Origin: a virus
IMG/VR virus record: IMGVR_UViG_3300022843_000013
Location: 1 to 64,000 of that record
Length of the DNA stretch: 64,000 bases
Direction: 5' to 3' (one strand)
Of this stretch, positions 46,167-55,506 are shown in pieces. The notes below the pieces were generated by a model. The model was not told where the DNA came from. It was given only the letters and a program-made list of their open reading frames with translations, and made no database searches. The stretch's first letter is position 1; the number at the start of each line of letters is the position of its first letter. The position numbers were made by a program, and so were the translations under genes.

Positions 46167-46793
46167 TTAGTCTGATTCTGAAGCGATTGCCTGGGCGTCG
46201 ACTGCCTGCGAAGAGACCGAAGCAGCCTTAGCTCCGGGCTTTATGCGAACCTCCATTGTGTTCACGCCTACGCTTACGACAGTTCCGGATGATCCGATCT
46301 TTGTTCCGGCCGCGAATTCGGTCTCGGCGTTGATCAAAGCGTCCAGGTCTAACACGAGCTTTTGCAGTAAAGACGCGGTCGTGTTAGGTGGGGTTTTAGT
46401 GATGCGACAGACCGCACCGTCTAAGAGCCACTCGACGACTACGGTCTTGTTTTCGACCTGCGACAAGGCCACCATTTTGTGCGCTAGGACATTCTTGGGT
46501 ATGATATCGATACCGATGGCCCTGGCTTTATCGTTGTCGTTGTTGTTGAGGTGCACGTTAAACTGGTGCTTCAGCAAAATGTCCAGACCGTCGGGGGCCT
46601 CCCCTTCTTCAGCACTACCCGCCGCATACAAGAAGAGCTCTTTTGTAGTCGGGTAGTGACACTGGTCGCTTCGAACGTTCGCAAAAGACAGGAGCAGGGT
46701 CACAGCTCCGGTTTTGCGATTCTCTCTGAATTCAGGAGCGGTGATGCGCTGAGCTAGCATGCGCTGCGCTGTCTTTCTTGGTTTAATGATCAT
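46167..46793 (-). CDS. Hypothetical protein
   Basis: Likely start MIIKPRK. Confidence 0.6.
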   Translation of the reverse strand: MIIKPRKTAQRMLAQRITAPEFRENRKTGAVTLLLSFANVRSDQCHYPTTKELFLYAAGSAEEGEAPDGLDILLKHQFNVHLNNNDNDKARAIGIDIIPKNVLAHKMVALSQVENKTVVVEWLLDGAVCRITKTPPNTTASLLQKLVLDLDALINAETEFAAGTKIGSSGTVVSVGVNTMEVRIKPGAKAASVSSQAVDAQAIASESD

Positions 46794-47277
46794 TACGATG
46801 AGAGTCCTTTTCGAACTCGGATCGTAGATTGTCAGCTTCCTTAGAAGCATTCAAGTGTTTTTGTTGAATTTCCTCAACTAAATCTAAGTTACGACGAGTG
46901 GGTATGCGACCATCCCGACAAAACCTCTCATGCTCAAGGATAGGAGTAGACACTGCGGCCGAGTTGCACTTCGGGCAGTCTGCTATGTGGTAGTGACGCA
47001 TTCTCTCAAACACGAAGCCAGTTTTCTGCCTGCCGGGGGTCATGAAACCCATGAGAGACTTGCACCCAACGCACACTATGCGAGGCATGTTCTCAAACTC
47101 GACTCGGCATTCCAAGCACATGAGCTCCGGGTAGTTCACGATCCCGCTGTACCAAGGCCTAGTGCTCTCGGTCACGTTCAGCTGCTTACCGCACAAGCAC
47201 GAAGAGTAGCTAGACAGGTTATTCTGGGGGGTGCTCAGCTGCTTAAGCATCTCGGGCGTTACTGCGGGGAGGTCCAT
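46783..47277 (-). CDS. Cys-rich Zn-finger protein
   Basis: CLC, CLEC, CVGC, CPKC. Confidence 0.7.
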   Translation of the reverse strand: MDLPAVTPEMLKQLSTPQNNLSSYSSCLCGKQLNVTESTRPWYSGIVNYPELMCLECRVEFENMPRIVCVGCKSLMGFMTPGRQKTGFVFERMRHYHIADCPKCNSAAVSTPILEHERFCRDGRIPTRRNLDLVEEIQQKHLNASKEADNLRSEFEKDSHRNDH

Positions 47278-47293
47278 GCGTGCACCTTAATTC

Positions 47294-47307
47294 GCGCTAG
47301 GTAAAGA
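47294..47307 (-). promoter_or_regulatory. Conserved upstream element TCTTTACCTAGCGC (copy 2)
   Basis: Identical to 23297-23310. Confidence 0.5.
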
Positions 47308-47374
47308 AGTCAACAGCGGGAGAGTTGTAAGCTCTCCCGATGTTGGATATATTTGGTTGGTTGGTTGGTTGCGC

Positions 47375-47572
47375 CTAACTGTAACCAGTCAGGCTCGCTA
47401 CGAAGGCAACGCCTCCGAGACACGCAATGGTTGGTAGCCAGGATACGGCCACGGAAGCGATACCGCCAAGAGAGGCGGCGACGGCGGTGGCCGCGAAGGA
47501 GACTGCGCATACAAGGAAGGCCGCAAAAGCAACCGCCGAGAGCGCACAGACGAGCATCATAAGAATGTCCAT
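47375..47572 (-). CDS. Small hydrophobic membrane protein
   Basis: Almost entirely hydrophobic; preceded by the 18-mer element. Confidence 0.55.
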   Translation of the reverse strand: MDILMMLVCALSAVAFAAFLVCAVSFAATAVAASLGGIASVAVSWLPTIACLGGVAFVASLTGYS

Positions 47573-47574
47573 AT

Positions 47575-47592
47575 CAAATTATTATGACGCAG
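47575..47592 (-). promoter_or_regulatory. Putative phage promoter CTGCGTCATAATAATTTG (copy 2)
   Basis: Identical to 24554-24571. Confidence 0.6.
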
Positions 47593-47612
47593 TCGTAGTC
47601 GTAATTGCACGT

Positions 47613-49295
47613 CTACCTTCCGGCGAACATCGTGATGTCCGCGCAGTTCTCCAGCATGTTGTGCTTAGCCGACGCCGGGCGGTAATCCCGGGACTCGAGT
47701 TCTTTCTTCTCTGCGCCCTTTGGTGGGGTGGACCATTTGTAGACGATGTCCGTGTCGATGGAGAACTTCAATAGCCGCCCATCGTAGTCCCACGTGTTGT
47801 GATCGCACATGTAAACCTGGTGCAGCCTGGCTACTAGAAAGCGCTCTTCCGGCGGGCACATCGTAACCACAGAGTCATACAGGCACGTCATGCCGCGCGC
47901 TTGTAGACCAAGACGCCGGTAAGCCTCCCCCAGCATGCGGCAGGCCCTAGCGGCGGTAGCTCCAACTGACTCCTGCAAAGGGTAGTTACGGAGCTCGCGA
48001 CCCATCGACGACTCTAGTGAGTTTCTCACCCTCCAGTTAACACCAGACCCAGCGCTATGCGTGAGGCAGTGGCGTATGCGTCCCGACTTCGCACGATACA
48101 TTCCGTGCGTCTTAGGTATGGCTGCCATCTCTTGCATGAACTCCGTAGCCCTAGGCTGCCGGGCCTCAATCATGTCGAGCCCCTTATCGCCAGTTCCTGG
48201 TTCAGGTTTGATGCCCGTGTCGGACTCGATCTTTCTTTCGATAGACCCGGCCGACGCGCCGTAAGCGGCGCTGTTCGAAACAAGAACTCCGGAACACGTA
48301 AACCTGTGTCGCGGTCCAGCATCTAGGATATCATACGTTTGCGCTTTCCCGCAGATGAACGCGCGACACGCCGCGTCAAGGTCTCCGCGCCCGACAACCT
48401 GCGCCTTTTTGGAATTTCTGGAAACATCGGGCAAGATGCTGAGCGGGCCAGCGGACCTGACAAGCGTAAGCGATCTGGCGCAAGCCTCTTCTAGCCTGCA
48501 CTTACCGATTTCTTCCGTCCAGACTTCGTGCAGCCTTGTTGCTCGAAGTCCTTGATACTTGATGATTTCTTTGACTCCTGTATTGACGACGCCCCCATGA
48601 CTTACCCACTCGACGCCGTCCCATAACAGATCGTCAAGAGAGACCGACTGCAAAGCTACGACGCCACGGTCGCGGGTCAGGACTTCAGAGTCCTCCGCGA
48701 CGCAAAACCCAATAGCCTTGGCCCCGGTCCTCTGCACCTTCTCGTTCATCATCTCGCGACCTTTATCGAAAGTCGCTTCGGCAAGAGACCAGTGGGTGTC
48801 ATACTTGGCTTTCTTCAGATTGCCAAGTGAGTCGCGAGCCAGCATGTCTTCAGTGACAGGTCCCAGCTTCTCCCCGTCTTTCCAGACGTTCATGATGAAG
48901 TCTGGGTCCCGCGCCTCGACGGGAACGGGAGACTTTTCAGAAAACCCCACGCGTACCGACGACGCGCCGTAAGGGTTGTCGCTGTTCAGGTAAGCCCAGT
49001 CCGGGTCAGGCTCATACAGGATGCGCATCAAATCCGCGTCACCAGATATGATAGCGAGCGCGAAGCTCTCCGCAGCGCTGTAGTCGCTCTCCACAAAGAC
49101 CATACCATCCGGTGCCGTAACAACGGACCGTATAGAAGGTAAATCCTCAGGATCTTTATCCACCCATTGTAGTAGGTCTTCTGGGAGGTCACCCTCCTCG
49201 TGTGCTTCTTTTATAACTGCTCCTATAGACTTTGATATTCTCTTGTTTACATATGCGGGCCAGTTCAGCGTGTTAGGCATCCATGACCGGGTTCT
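47613..49295 (-). CDS. Family A DNA polymerase, exon 2 (intein-containing)
   Basis: RTRSWMPNTLN, motif A SDYSAAE, motif B R..AKAIGF|SAAYG, NYPLQES, motif C LYDS. Confidence 0.92.
   Translation of the reverse strand, partial: RTRSWMPNTLNWPAYVNKRISKSIGAVIKEAHEEGDLPEDLLQWVDKDPEDLPSIRSVVTAPDGMVFVESDYSAAESFALAIISGDADLMRILYEPDPDWAYLNSDNPYGASSVRVGFSEKSPVPVEARDPDFIMNVWKDGEKLGPVTEDMLARDSLGNLKKAKYDTHWSLAEATFDKGREMMNEKVQRTGAKAIGFCVAEDSEVLTRDRGVVALQSVSLDDLLWDGVEWVSHGGVVNTGVKEIIKYQGLRATRLHEVWTEEIGKCRLEEACARSLTLVRSAGPLSILPDVSRNSKKAQVVGRGDLDAACRAFICGKAQTYDILDAGPRHRFTCSGVLVSNSAAYGASAGSIERKIESDTGIKPEPGTGDKGLDMIEARQPRATEFMQEMAAIPKTHGMYRAKSGRIRHCLTHSAGSGVNWRVRNSLESSMGRELRNYPLQESVGATAARACRMLGEAYRRLGLQARGMTCLYDSVVTMCPPEERFLVARLHQVYMCDHNTWDYDGRLLKFSIDTDIVYKWSTPPKGAEKKELESRDYRPASAKHNMLENCADITMFAGR
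48273..48704 (-). mobile_element. Mini-intein (144 aa) in PolA motif B
   Basis: Begins CVAEDSEVLT, block B ATRLH, block F TYDI, ends VLVSN followed by Ser. Confidence 0.9.
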
Positions 49296-49984
49296 CGTTG
49301 TGTTCAGCCTAGCTCGTTAAGCTAAGCCCGCCACGTTTGGTGACAGCTGCAGTTTATTTATTATGTCTGCAGACCAGACTATATCATGACCCGACGCGTG
49401 CCGGGTCCCTACTATTTCGAACCACTTGGTTCTACTCCCTTTCGGGATAGTCGTTGCACGTTCCGCCATGCGGCGGCTTCGCTCAGGATTGCCTTCGAAA
49501 AGGGTTCCCCTGAATTAAATAGGTTTGCTTTAATCATTACTGATTAAAGGGGCGAGTTTTAGACAAACTAATTCGCGGACCTCGGCAAAGGTGGCGCGAT
49601 AACGGATTCGGATAAGTTTTAAGCCGTTCTCCTTGGCGTATTCATTCTTTCTTCGGTCGTGCTCTTTCAAGTTCTTAGTGTCGAAGTATGTGTCAGGTCC
49701 TTCTTGGTAATGCTGCTCCCCGTCTGCCTCTACCAAGGTTTGACAACCTGCGATGTAGAAGTCGTAGCGTAGAGGTAGGCGCTCGGACGCGCCTAGCAGT
49801 CCTCTAAGTTTAGGTTATTCACCTTACCCCGCTCTGCGGGCGTGCACACCCCGCAATAGCGCTTCTGCCGCATGACAGCGGCACTTACTTCTGTGAATGT
49901 GTTGCCGCACATCTCACAATCTTTCTCTAATACTTCCATTACAGCACCCTAAGCGGATGCTTTTGTTTGTCTACGAAAATTTTC
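49296..49984 (-). ncRNA. Group I self-splicing intron (about 689 nt) in the DNA polymerase gene
   Basis: P AAUUCAGGGGAA, Q AAUCCUGAGC, R GCAACGACUA, S AUGAUAUAGUCU; exon 1 ends in U and the intron ends in G; splicing restores TTETG|RTRSWMPN. Confidence 0.92.
49530..49939 (-). pseudogene. Degenerate intron-encoded homing endonuclease (Zn ribbon plus Vsr/DUF559-like domain)
   Basis: MEVLEKDCEMC...CGVC in one frame stops after 48 aa; LRYDFYI...LVEADGEQH...D..KNEYA..NGLKLIRI lies in another frame. Confidence 0.75.
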
Positions 49985-52408
49985 ACCCGTTTCCGTTGTT
50001 GATAGCTGACCGTGTATCCTGCCGTCACTGGCAAGCCACGAGTGCAGTCCGTGCTCCTCTGTTGTCGTATCTCCCGTCTCCGGGTCCTCGTGGCTCGACG
50101 CCTCCTTCAGGAAGGCCTTAGCGATGTTACCGACGGCGTTGAGGTCCAGCAGTTGATCCAGCGCCGACAACTGCTCCGATAGGATCGACAGCGTCTGCTT
50201 GTCTACCGCGGGGGTGTAGACCTTCTGACGTTCTGGGGGAAGCTCCAGCACCTTGTCCCACGCCATACTTGGCAGGCCCGCCGCTTTCTGGTTCGTCGAC
50301 TTGATGGGTTCGAGACCTTCGACGGTAAACAACCACCTGCGCATCTGGTCCGGACTTCGGATGTTGAACTTCTGAGAGTCCACGAAATGCCGCAGCAAAG
50401 ACAACCAACTGGACATACCTTTGGAGTCTCCCCCTGCGAACAGGAGCTCCTTTACTTTCTGAGCGATGGCATTCTCATCTTTTCTGGTGATGTCTCCCTT
50501 CATGTTCTGCAGCGCCTTGAAGCCCAACTCTCGAACAATGCGGTTCTGTAGCTTGTTGGCGGCCTCCTCGTGGATTCGCCTCTGTAGTTTGACCTCAAGC
50601 TTATCTCTTGCGAAGGCAAACAGAACCCTCAGGTCGTCCAGCATGGGGACGTCCACTGGTAGACCCAGCATCGTGAAGTCTGTGAAGACGTCAGTCACGA
50701 ACGGGTTAAACAGGTTCACGTAGTAGTCCCATAGCGTTTGCGCCTCTAGTTGGCGCCTGATAAGCGGGTAGGCCCGAAGGGGGGCGATGACGTCCCGAGC
50801 CCCGTAAGGGTGCAGGATCGCGCTAGGGACGAAGCCGTAGCCGCCTTTTACGAGGTCTTTGTTCTTACGCTTCCACATCACGAGCGCTTGATCATACCGA
50901 CCGAGGGTCGTGTATTTCATCCCGATGCCGCGCTCTAACCCTAACTCGCTCGATTCGTCACACGTCTGCTGGGCGAACTCGGTGTCCATCTCGCAGCGCT
51001 GATACACCGTGATGCCTAGCTTGTGATGCATCCACGGGGAGTCGGCAGCGTAGTGGTGCCCGATGTACTTGGCGTTGATACGAGAGAGCATGTCCGCGAG
51101 AGGAGCCCCTACAGCCTTGTAAGCTTTGGCCTCTACCTCGTGGCGACTCTCGTTTCTCCCTCGAACCGCGCGCACTAGAGCGTCCGTGCGCGACATGGCA
51201 CGCCGGACGTGCTCGGCGGGAGAACAGTCATCGGCGTTTTCCGAGTGCTTGTCTATCATACGACTGAAAAAGTCACCCGTCTCCAGAAGCTGAGGTGCCG
51301 GCGTTTCTCTAGTCCAACTATGCTCGTCTCGTCTCACCCACCCCTCCTCGCCCTCCGGAGGGTCGCCGTCGGCCCAATTCTCGATTATCGCTTTCGAGAT
51401 TGAAGGTTCGACATTTTTAGGAAAGGGAGGTGACAGGTCCGGCGGTAGATCCGGCGGCGCGTCCGGGTGGTCGAAGCTCCACTCGTTCTTCTCGTTACGG
51501 AACTCAATTACGACCGCGTCCCTTTCAGACCAGGCGAACTGTATTGTTCGCAGCTGCCCGTCGATGTGCGTGCGGCCGTGCCACTCGCAGTCAACGGCGA
51601 GCAGAGGGCAGCCATCGTCCGACCTTATACCGGGCCACTCGTCGGCACCCTGGGACTCGGGGCAACCGTTGGCAAGGTCCTCGATGCGCGCGATCCAGTC
51701 CTCGAGGTCTTGCTCGTTACGCAGGACCTCGTAGTTGACCTGGTCGTTTGGTATGACTCCGGTCCTCAGGATGTCTACGCGCCGAGCAATCTCCTTAAAG
51801 TCCACCCGGAACGTCTCGTAGAAGTCTGGCTTAGTGACCAGCGTGAACGGCGCGTGCATCAAATAGACGTGCGCTTGATGGTCTTCGGACCAGAACCAGC
51901 AACCGTGACCGTCTTTGAATCCGATCTTTTGATCCGACACCATGTCGTAAGCCGGCTTGCCCATGCAGACGATAATCTTCGGCTTAACGCGTCGGATTTC
52001 GTCCTCTAGGACGGGGAGGCCCCACTTCAGTATCTTGGTGGCTGGCTTTGCTCTCCTGGCCTTAGGGAGGAGCCACTTGCACACGGCAGTGAAGTAGCAC
52101 GTGTCCATGTCAATCCCGGCGCGTAAGGCTACGTCCCGGATAAGCCCGGTGGACCCTTTCAAGTATTCCGCCGGCTGGTTAATGCGAAACCCGAATTTGG
52201 TCTCGGCTTGATTAGTCGCTTCGTCGTCCTCCACGGAGGCCGTCACGAACATGACGTCGTATTGCTCCTGCCCCAATACGGGGGACCGACCGGCGACGTA
52301 AAACACGTCATCGATGTGGCGGCTTACCTTCAGTGTCTTCGGGGGCGCACCGTCGTCATACGGGGGTTCGACTTCGTCCTGCGCGAACCCCCTTCGTCTG
52401 TCGCTCAT
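49985..52408 (-). CDS. Family A DNA polymerase, exon 1: UDG-like domain, 3'-5' exonuclease and thumb
   Basis: YFTAVCK..P....LEDEIRRVKPKIIVCMGK.A (family-4 UDG-like); ExoI DCE, ExoII HHYAAD, ExoIII YGARD; DGRIH....T.TG. Confidence 0.92.
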
Positions 52409-53049
52409 GATTCAGTCTTACTCGAATTATCCCGCATGACGTTTTCCGACTTGGGGAGTTCCTCGTTTCTAGCCCGCACATACGCGCTCATAAAATTACG
52501 AGGGGGCGGGCACCCCGCGCGCAAGTATTCAAGCTCCTCCTCCTCAAATGATGAGAAGTCGAACTTCGCCACGTCGTTCTCCGCCTCTGAGTTGTTAAGC
52601 CGTTGCAGCTCGTCCTCCACCACTGAGTTGTTAAGCCGTCGCAGCTCGTCCGCGGCAGCCAACAAGCAGTGAGCGCCCTTTCGAAGGTCGCCCTCTAGGT
52701 CAGACTTGACGCGGAAGGCATATTTCATACCGTCGCATCGCCTGGCATCAACGAAGGCGTTGCCGCTCGACTCCATTTTCTTCTGGGCGTCCCAAGGAAC
52801 TCCTACGCCGCTCCCGTAATGCTGGGGCGTTTCCGAGGAGGGCGCGCACTCCCCGTATTCTTCCGGGGCGACCTTTTGGACATTCTCATCAGCTAATTTC
52901 GACGAGGGCGGATGCGAGCAAGAATCGAAAATGGCTTTAATTTCGCGGCTCTTGGCCTGCTCTAACCGCTTTTGTACAGCGCGGCGGTGGTCGATGAATG
53001 CCTGGAAGATGACGTCTTCTGACGCTGACTTAATTTGTTCTTTGTTCAT
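52405..53049 (-). CDS. Mosaic hypothetical protein
   Basis: Internal repeat DELxRLNNS x2; ATGA overlap with the polymerase gene. Confidence 0.55.
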   Translation of the reverse strand: MNKEQIKSASEDVIFQAFIDHRRAVQKRLEQAKSREIKAIFDSCSHPPSSKLADENVQKVAPEEYGECAPSSETPQHYGSGVGVPWDAQKKMESSGNAFVDARRCDGMKYAFRVKSDLEGDLRKGAHCLLAAADELRRLNNSVVEDELQRLNNSEAENDVAKFDFSSFEEEELEYLRAGCPPPRNFMSAYVRARNEELPKSENVMRDNSSKTES

Positions 53050-53053
53050 TATA

Positions 53054-54694
53054 TTATTTTTTTTGTTGGCGCACTTTCCGATAGAAATCGACAGCGTGCG
53101 GATCTGTTTTCACTTCAAAGTTAGAGCTCGTAAGGACAAGTCCCCGAGCCGTTCGCAGCCTAGACATGCCGACGTAAGCCTGACCAGCTGCAAAAACAGA
53201 ATCTAGGTGCACGATCGCCCTGTCCAGCGACATACCTTGAGACTTGTGGAGGGTGATAGAACTCGCTGGTATTAATGGGAACTGCTTCAGCACCGGGTAG
53301 CGGTGCGTCAGGGATTGCTTGCCGTCGATAACCACAGACATCATTTCGTCCCGGTCTTCCTTGTCGTTTCGAGTGTATACGAACCTTGGGAGGTAGATCA
53401 GGCGCGTCCCGCTTGGTTTATCTTTGTCCGGCACCTCAACATAGACGCAGTATTTGTCGTCGTCCTCTCGCATCGCCGCTGGCGGACCTTCCTGCGGCGA
53501 GCTGTCTGGTGGCGGCCCGTAGCCCTTGATGACGCCTCGGGTTCCGTTGAAATACAATCCCTTGCTATGGTTGACAGTGAAGAGCACTGGGGTCCCGATT
53601 CGAAGGTCTAAACTGTCCCATAGGTGGGAACGACTACCGACCAGCTTGCTTCTAGCCTTTGAGACCGTATCGTCCGCCCACCTCATCTGCTGCTCTAAGA
53701 CAACGAAATTCGGAGGGAAGGACTTGGTCGGTGCCGGGAACCTCCCCAGGGCCTGCGCGTTAAGATCCTTGCACTGCGCGTTGTGGGAAACCAGGAAAGA
53801 GTAGTCCGGGACCTCCTCCATCGTTAGTGTCCGCACAAAGCTCTGAACGTAGGCAGGATCGACCGGATCGCCCATGCGCACCTTGTTGAGAAACTCCGCA
53901 AACTCCCTGTCGGCTTGTCGGAATATCTTCGTGAGCTCTATGGTTTGCACGTTGGCGTCAGACCACACCGGAGCGAGGAAGGCCCAGTCTGGGGCGTGGC
54001 GCGGTTCGCCCTTTTCCACGGGAGGCGCCTGACAAAAGTCGCCCACATGGATTAGCTGCACGCCGCCGTAAGGAAGGTCCTTTTCTCGAACTCGACGAAG
54101 CATGAAGTCGATGTAGCCGAGTAGGCCAACGCCGGCAGCCTGAGATACTTCGTCTAGGATCAGAACCTCCAGACTACGGAGACGCTTAAAGAGCGGCGTT
54201 CTGATTCTCGGCTTAGTCGCCAGATTGTCCGCCCAGCTATCGTAGGAAGTCTCGTAGACTTTGAGTATTCTCTCCGGTGTCAGATCTTGCGGGTGCGGCT
54301 CCATCGGAGAAAACCGAATCGTCGAGGGGAAGATTCCGAGGTATGAGTGCACTGTCCGACCTCCCATGTGACTACCGGCGATGCCGGTGGTGGCGCAGAC
54401 CCCAAACATCAGACCTCGGTGGTCAAGCTCAGGTATGATGACGTTGTTGATAAGTGCCGTCTTACCGGTCCCGGCTCCTCCGGTAATAAACACGTTTTCG
54501 TGATTCTGGAATATTCGAATCATCGCGTCTCGGTGCTCATCGGTTATCTCAAAGTCCTCGGTCTGGGATCCGTAGGCCTTGAGCCTGTTCTCTAACTCCG
54601 GTGTCGATACGTTGACGCGGGTCTTTTCTCTTGCTGCGCCTGATGAACCAGCATCACGCTGGCTATCAAGGAATTTTTTTACTTCTGGGCTCAT
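53054..54694 (-). CDS. Pif1/RecD-like SF1B helicase
   Basis: TGGAGTGKT, ATTGIA, DEVS, YGGVQLIHVGDFCQ, FRQ, NGTRG, TLHKSQGMSL, GQAYVGMSR. Confidence 0.95.
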   Translation of the reverse strand: MSPEVKKFLDSQRDAGSSGAAREKTRVNVSTPELENRLKAYGSQTEDFEITDEHRDAMIRIFQNHENVFITGGAGTGKTALINNVIIPELDHRGLMFGVCATTGIAGSHMGGRTVHSYLGIFPSTIRFSPMEPHPQDLTPERILKVYETSYDSWADNLATKPRIRTPLFKRLRSLEVLILDEVSQAAGVGLLGYIDFMLRRVREKDLPYGGVQLIHVGDFCQAPPVEKGEPRHAPDWAFLAPVWSDANVQTIELTKIFRQADREFAEFLNKVRMGDPVDPAYVQSFVRTLTMEEVPDYSFLVSHNAQCKDLNAQALGRFPAPTKSFPPNFVVLEQQMRWADDTVSKARSKLVGSRSHLWDSLDLRIGTPVLFTVNHSKGLYFNGTRGVIKGYGPPPDSSPQEGPPAAMREDDDKYCVYVEVPDKDKPSGTRLIYLPRFVYTRNDKEDRDEMMSVVIDGKQSLTHRYPVLKQFPLIPASSITLHKSQGMSLDRAIVHLDSVFAAGQAYVGMSRLRTARGLVLTSSNFEVKTDPHAVDFYRKVRQQKK

Positions 54695-54695
54695 G

Positions 54696-55493
54696 TTATT
54701 TTGTAATGACTGTGTGTTTCGATCCTACTTTTCCATAGGTGTGCTTGACTCCTTCTTCTCGCATCCTCTTCATGGCGGAGCTCCCCTCGGACCCCTTAGG
54801 CTGCATTCCGTGAATCAAAAGAGCGAAAGATCGACCGTTACCGCGAGCGAGAGAGTCGTCGTGATCAATCTCCAGTCCGAGAGCGTCGGCCTCATCCGGG
54901 TGGTAGACGACTTTAGCGCTTCTGAGGTTGTTCCCCTCGATCATGGCGTCCCACTTTCCTCCGAGGGATGCCGTTAGAATGAGGTTCTCAGGAACAACGT
55001 CCCGGTTCTTGACCCACACGGGAAGGTTCTTGGTATAGGCGTAGAACAGACGCGTCGGATTCATCTCGGCTGCTCTTACCCAGGCTAGGAAATAAGCTTG
55101 GCTGTAGAAGTCCCCGTCCGCGTGAATGCGGATGTTCTTGAACTTTTCCTTCGGTAGGGATTTGCTAATAAGCGCGGCCATGCCCACGGTGGTTTTGGCC
55201 TTCTTTAGTCGGGCCAGGTTAAGGTCGACCGATCTTCGAACGCCGGGGAACGCGGCCTCTAGGGAAGCTGCGAAGCATCTGAACTTGGCCTTAGGACCGT
55301 CGACGAGTTTATTTGCGTCGCGGTCGAAGTGCGCCAGGCAGTCGCAAGCCCCGGGGCACGTGTAGCCGGCGGGGAGGGAGAAGGCCGCCGTGTTGCTCTT
55401 GATGAGCTTAGCGTTCTTCAGGTTAAAATAGAGGTTCTCAGGATCAGTAGGTTTGATTTCTGGGAGGTTTAGTTTGTTGAATGGATTTGACAT
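54696..55493 (-). CDS. Gp88-like protein
   Basis: NAKL, FSLPAGxTCPGA..C..CFA, RIHxxGDF, FYAYTK. Confidence 0.8.
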   Translation of the reverse strand: MSNPFNKLNLPEIKPTDPENLYFNLKNAKLIKSNTAAFSLPAGYTCPGACDCLAHFDRDANKLVDGPKAKFRCFAASLEAAFPGVRRSVDLNLARLKKAKTTVGMAALISKSLPKEKFKNIRIHADGDFYSQAYFLAWVRAAEMNPTRLFYAYTKNLPVWVKNRDVVPENLILTASLGGKWDAMIEGNNLRSAKVVYHPDEADALGLEIDHDDSLARGNGRSFALLIHGMQPKGSEGSSAMKRMREEGVKHTYGKVGSKHTVITK

Positions 55494-55506
55494 GGTATTT
55501 TTGTTT

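Noticed and set aside
49280-49990. Polymerase as two genes, a frameshifted gene, or a group II intron host
   Set aside because: Group I P/Q/R/S elements and U/G boundaries restore the frame and the TGR motif; no GUGYG start or domain V.
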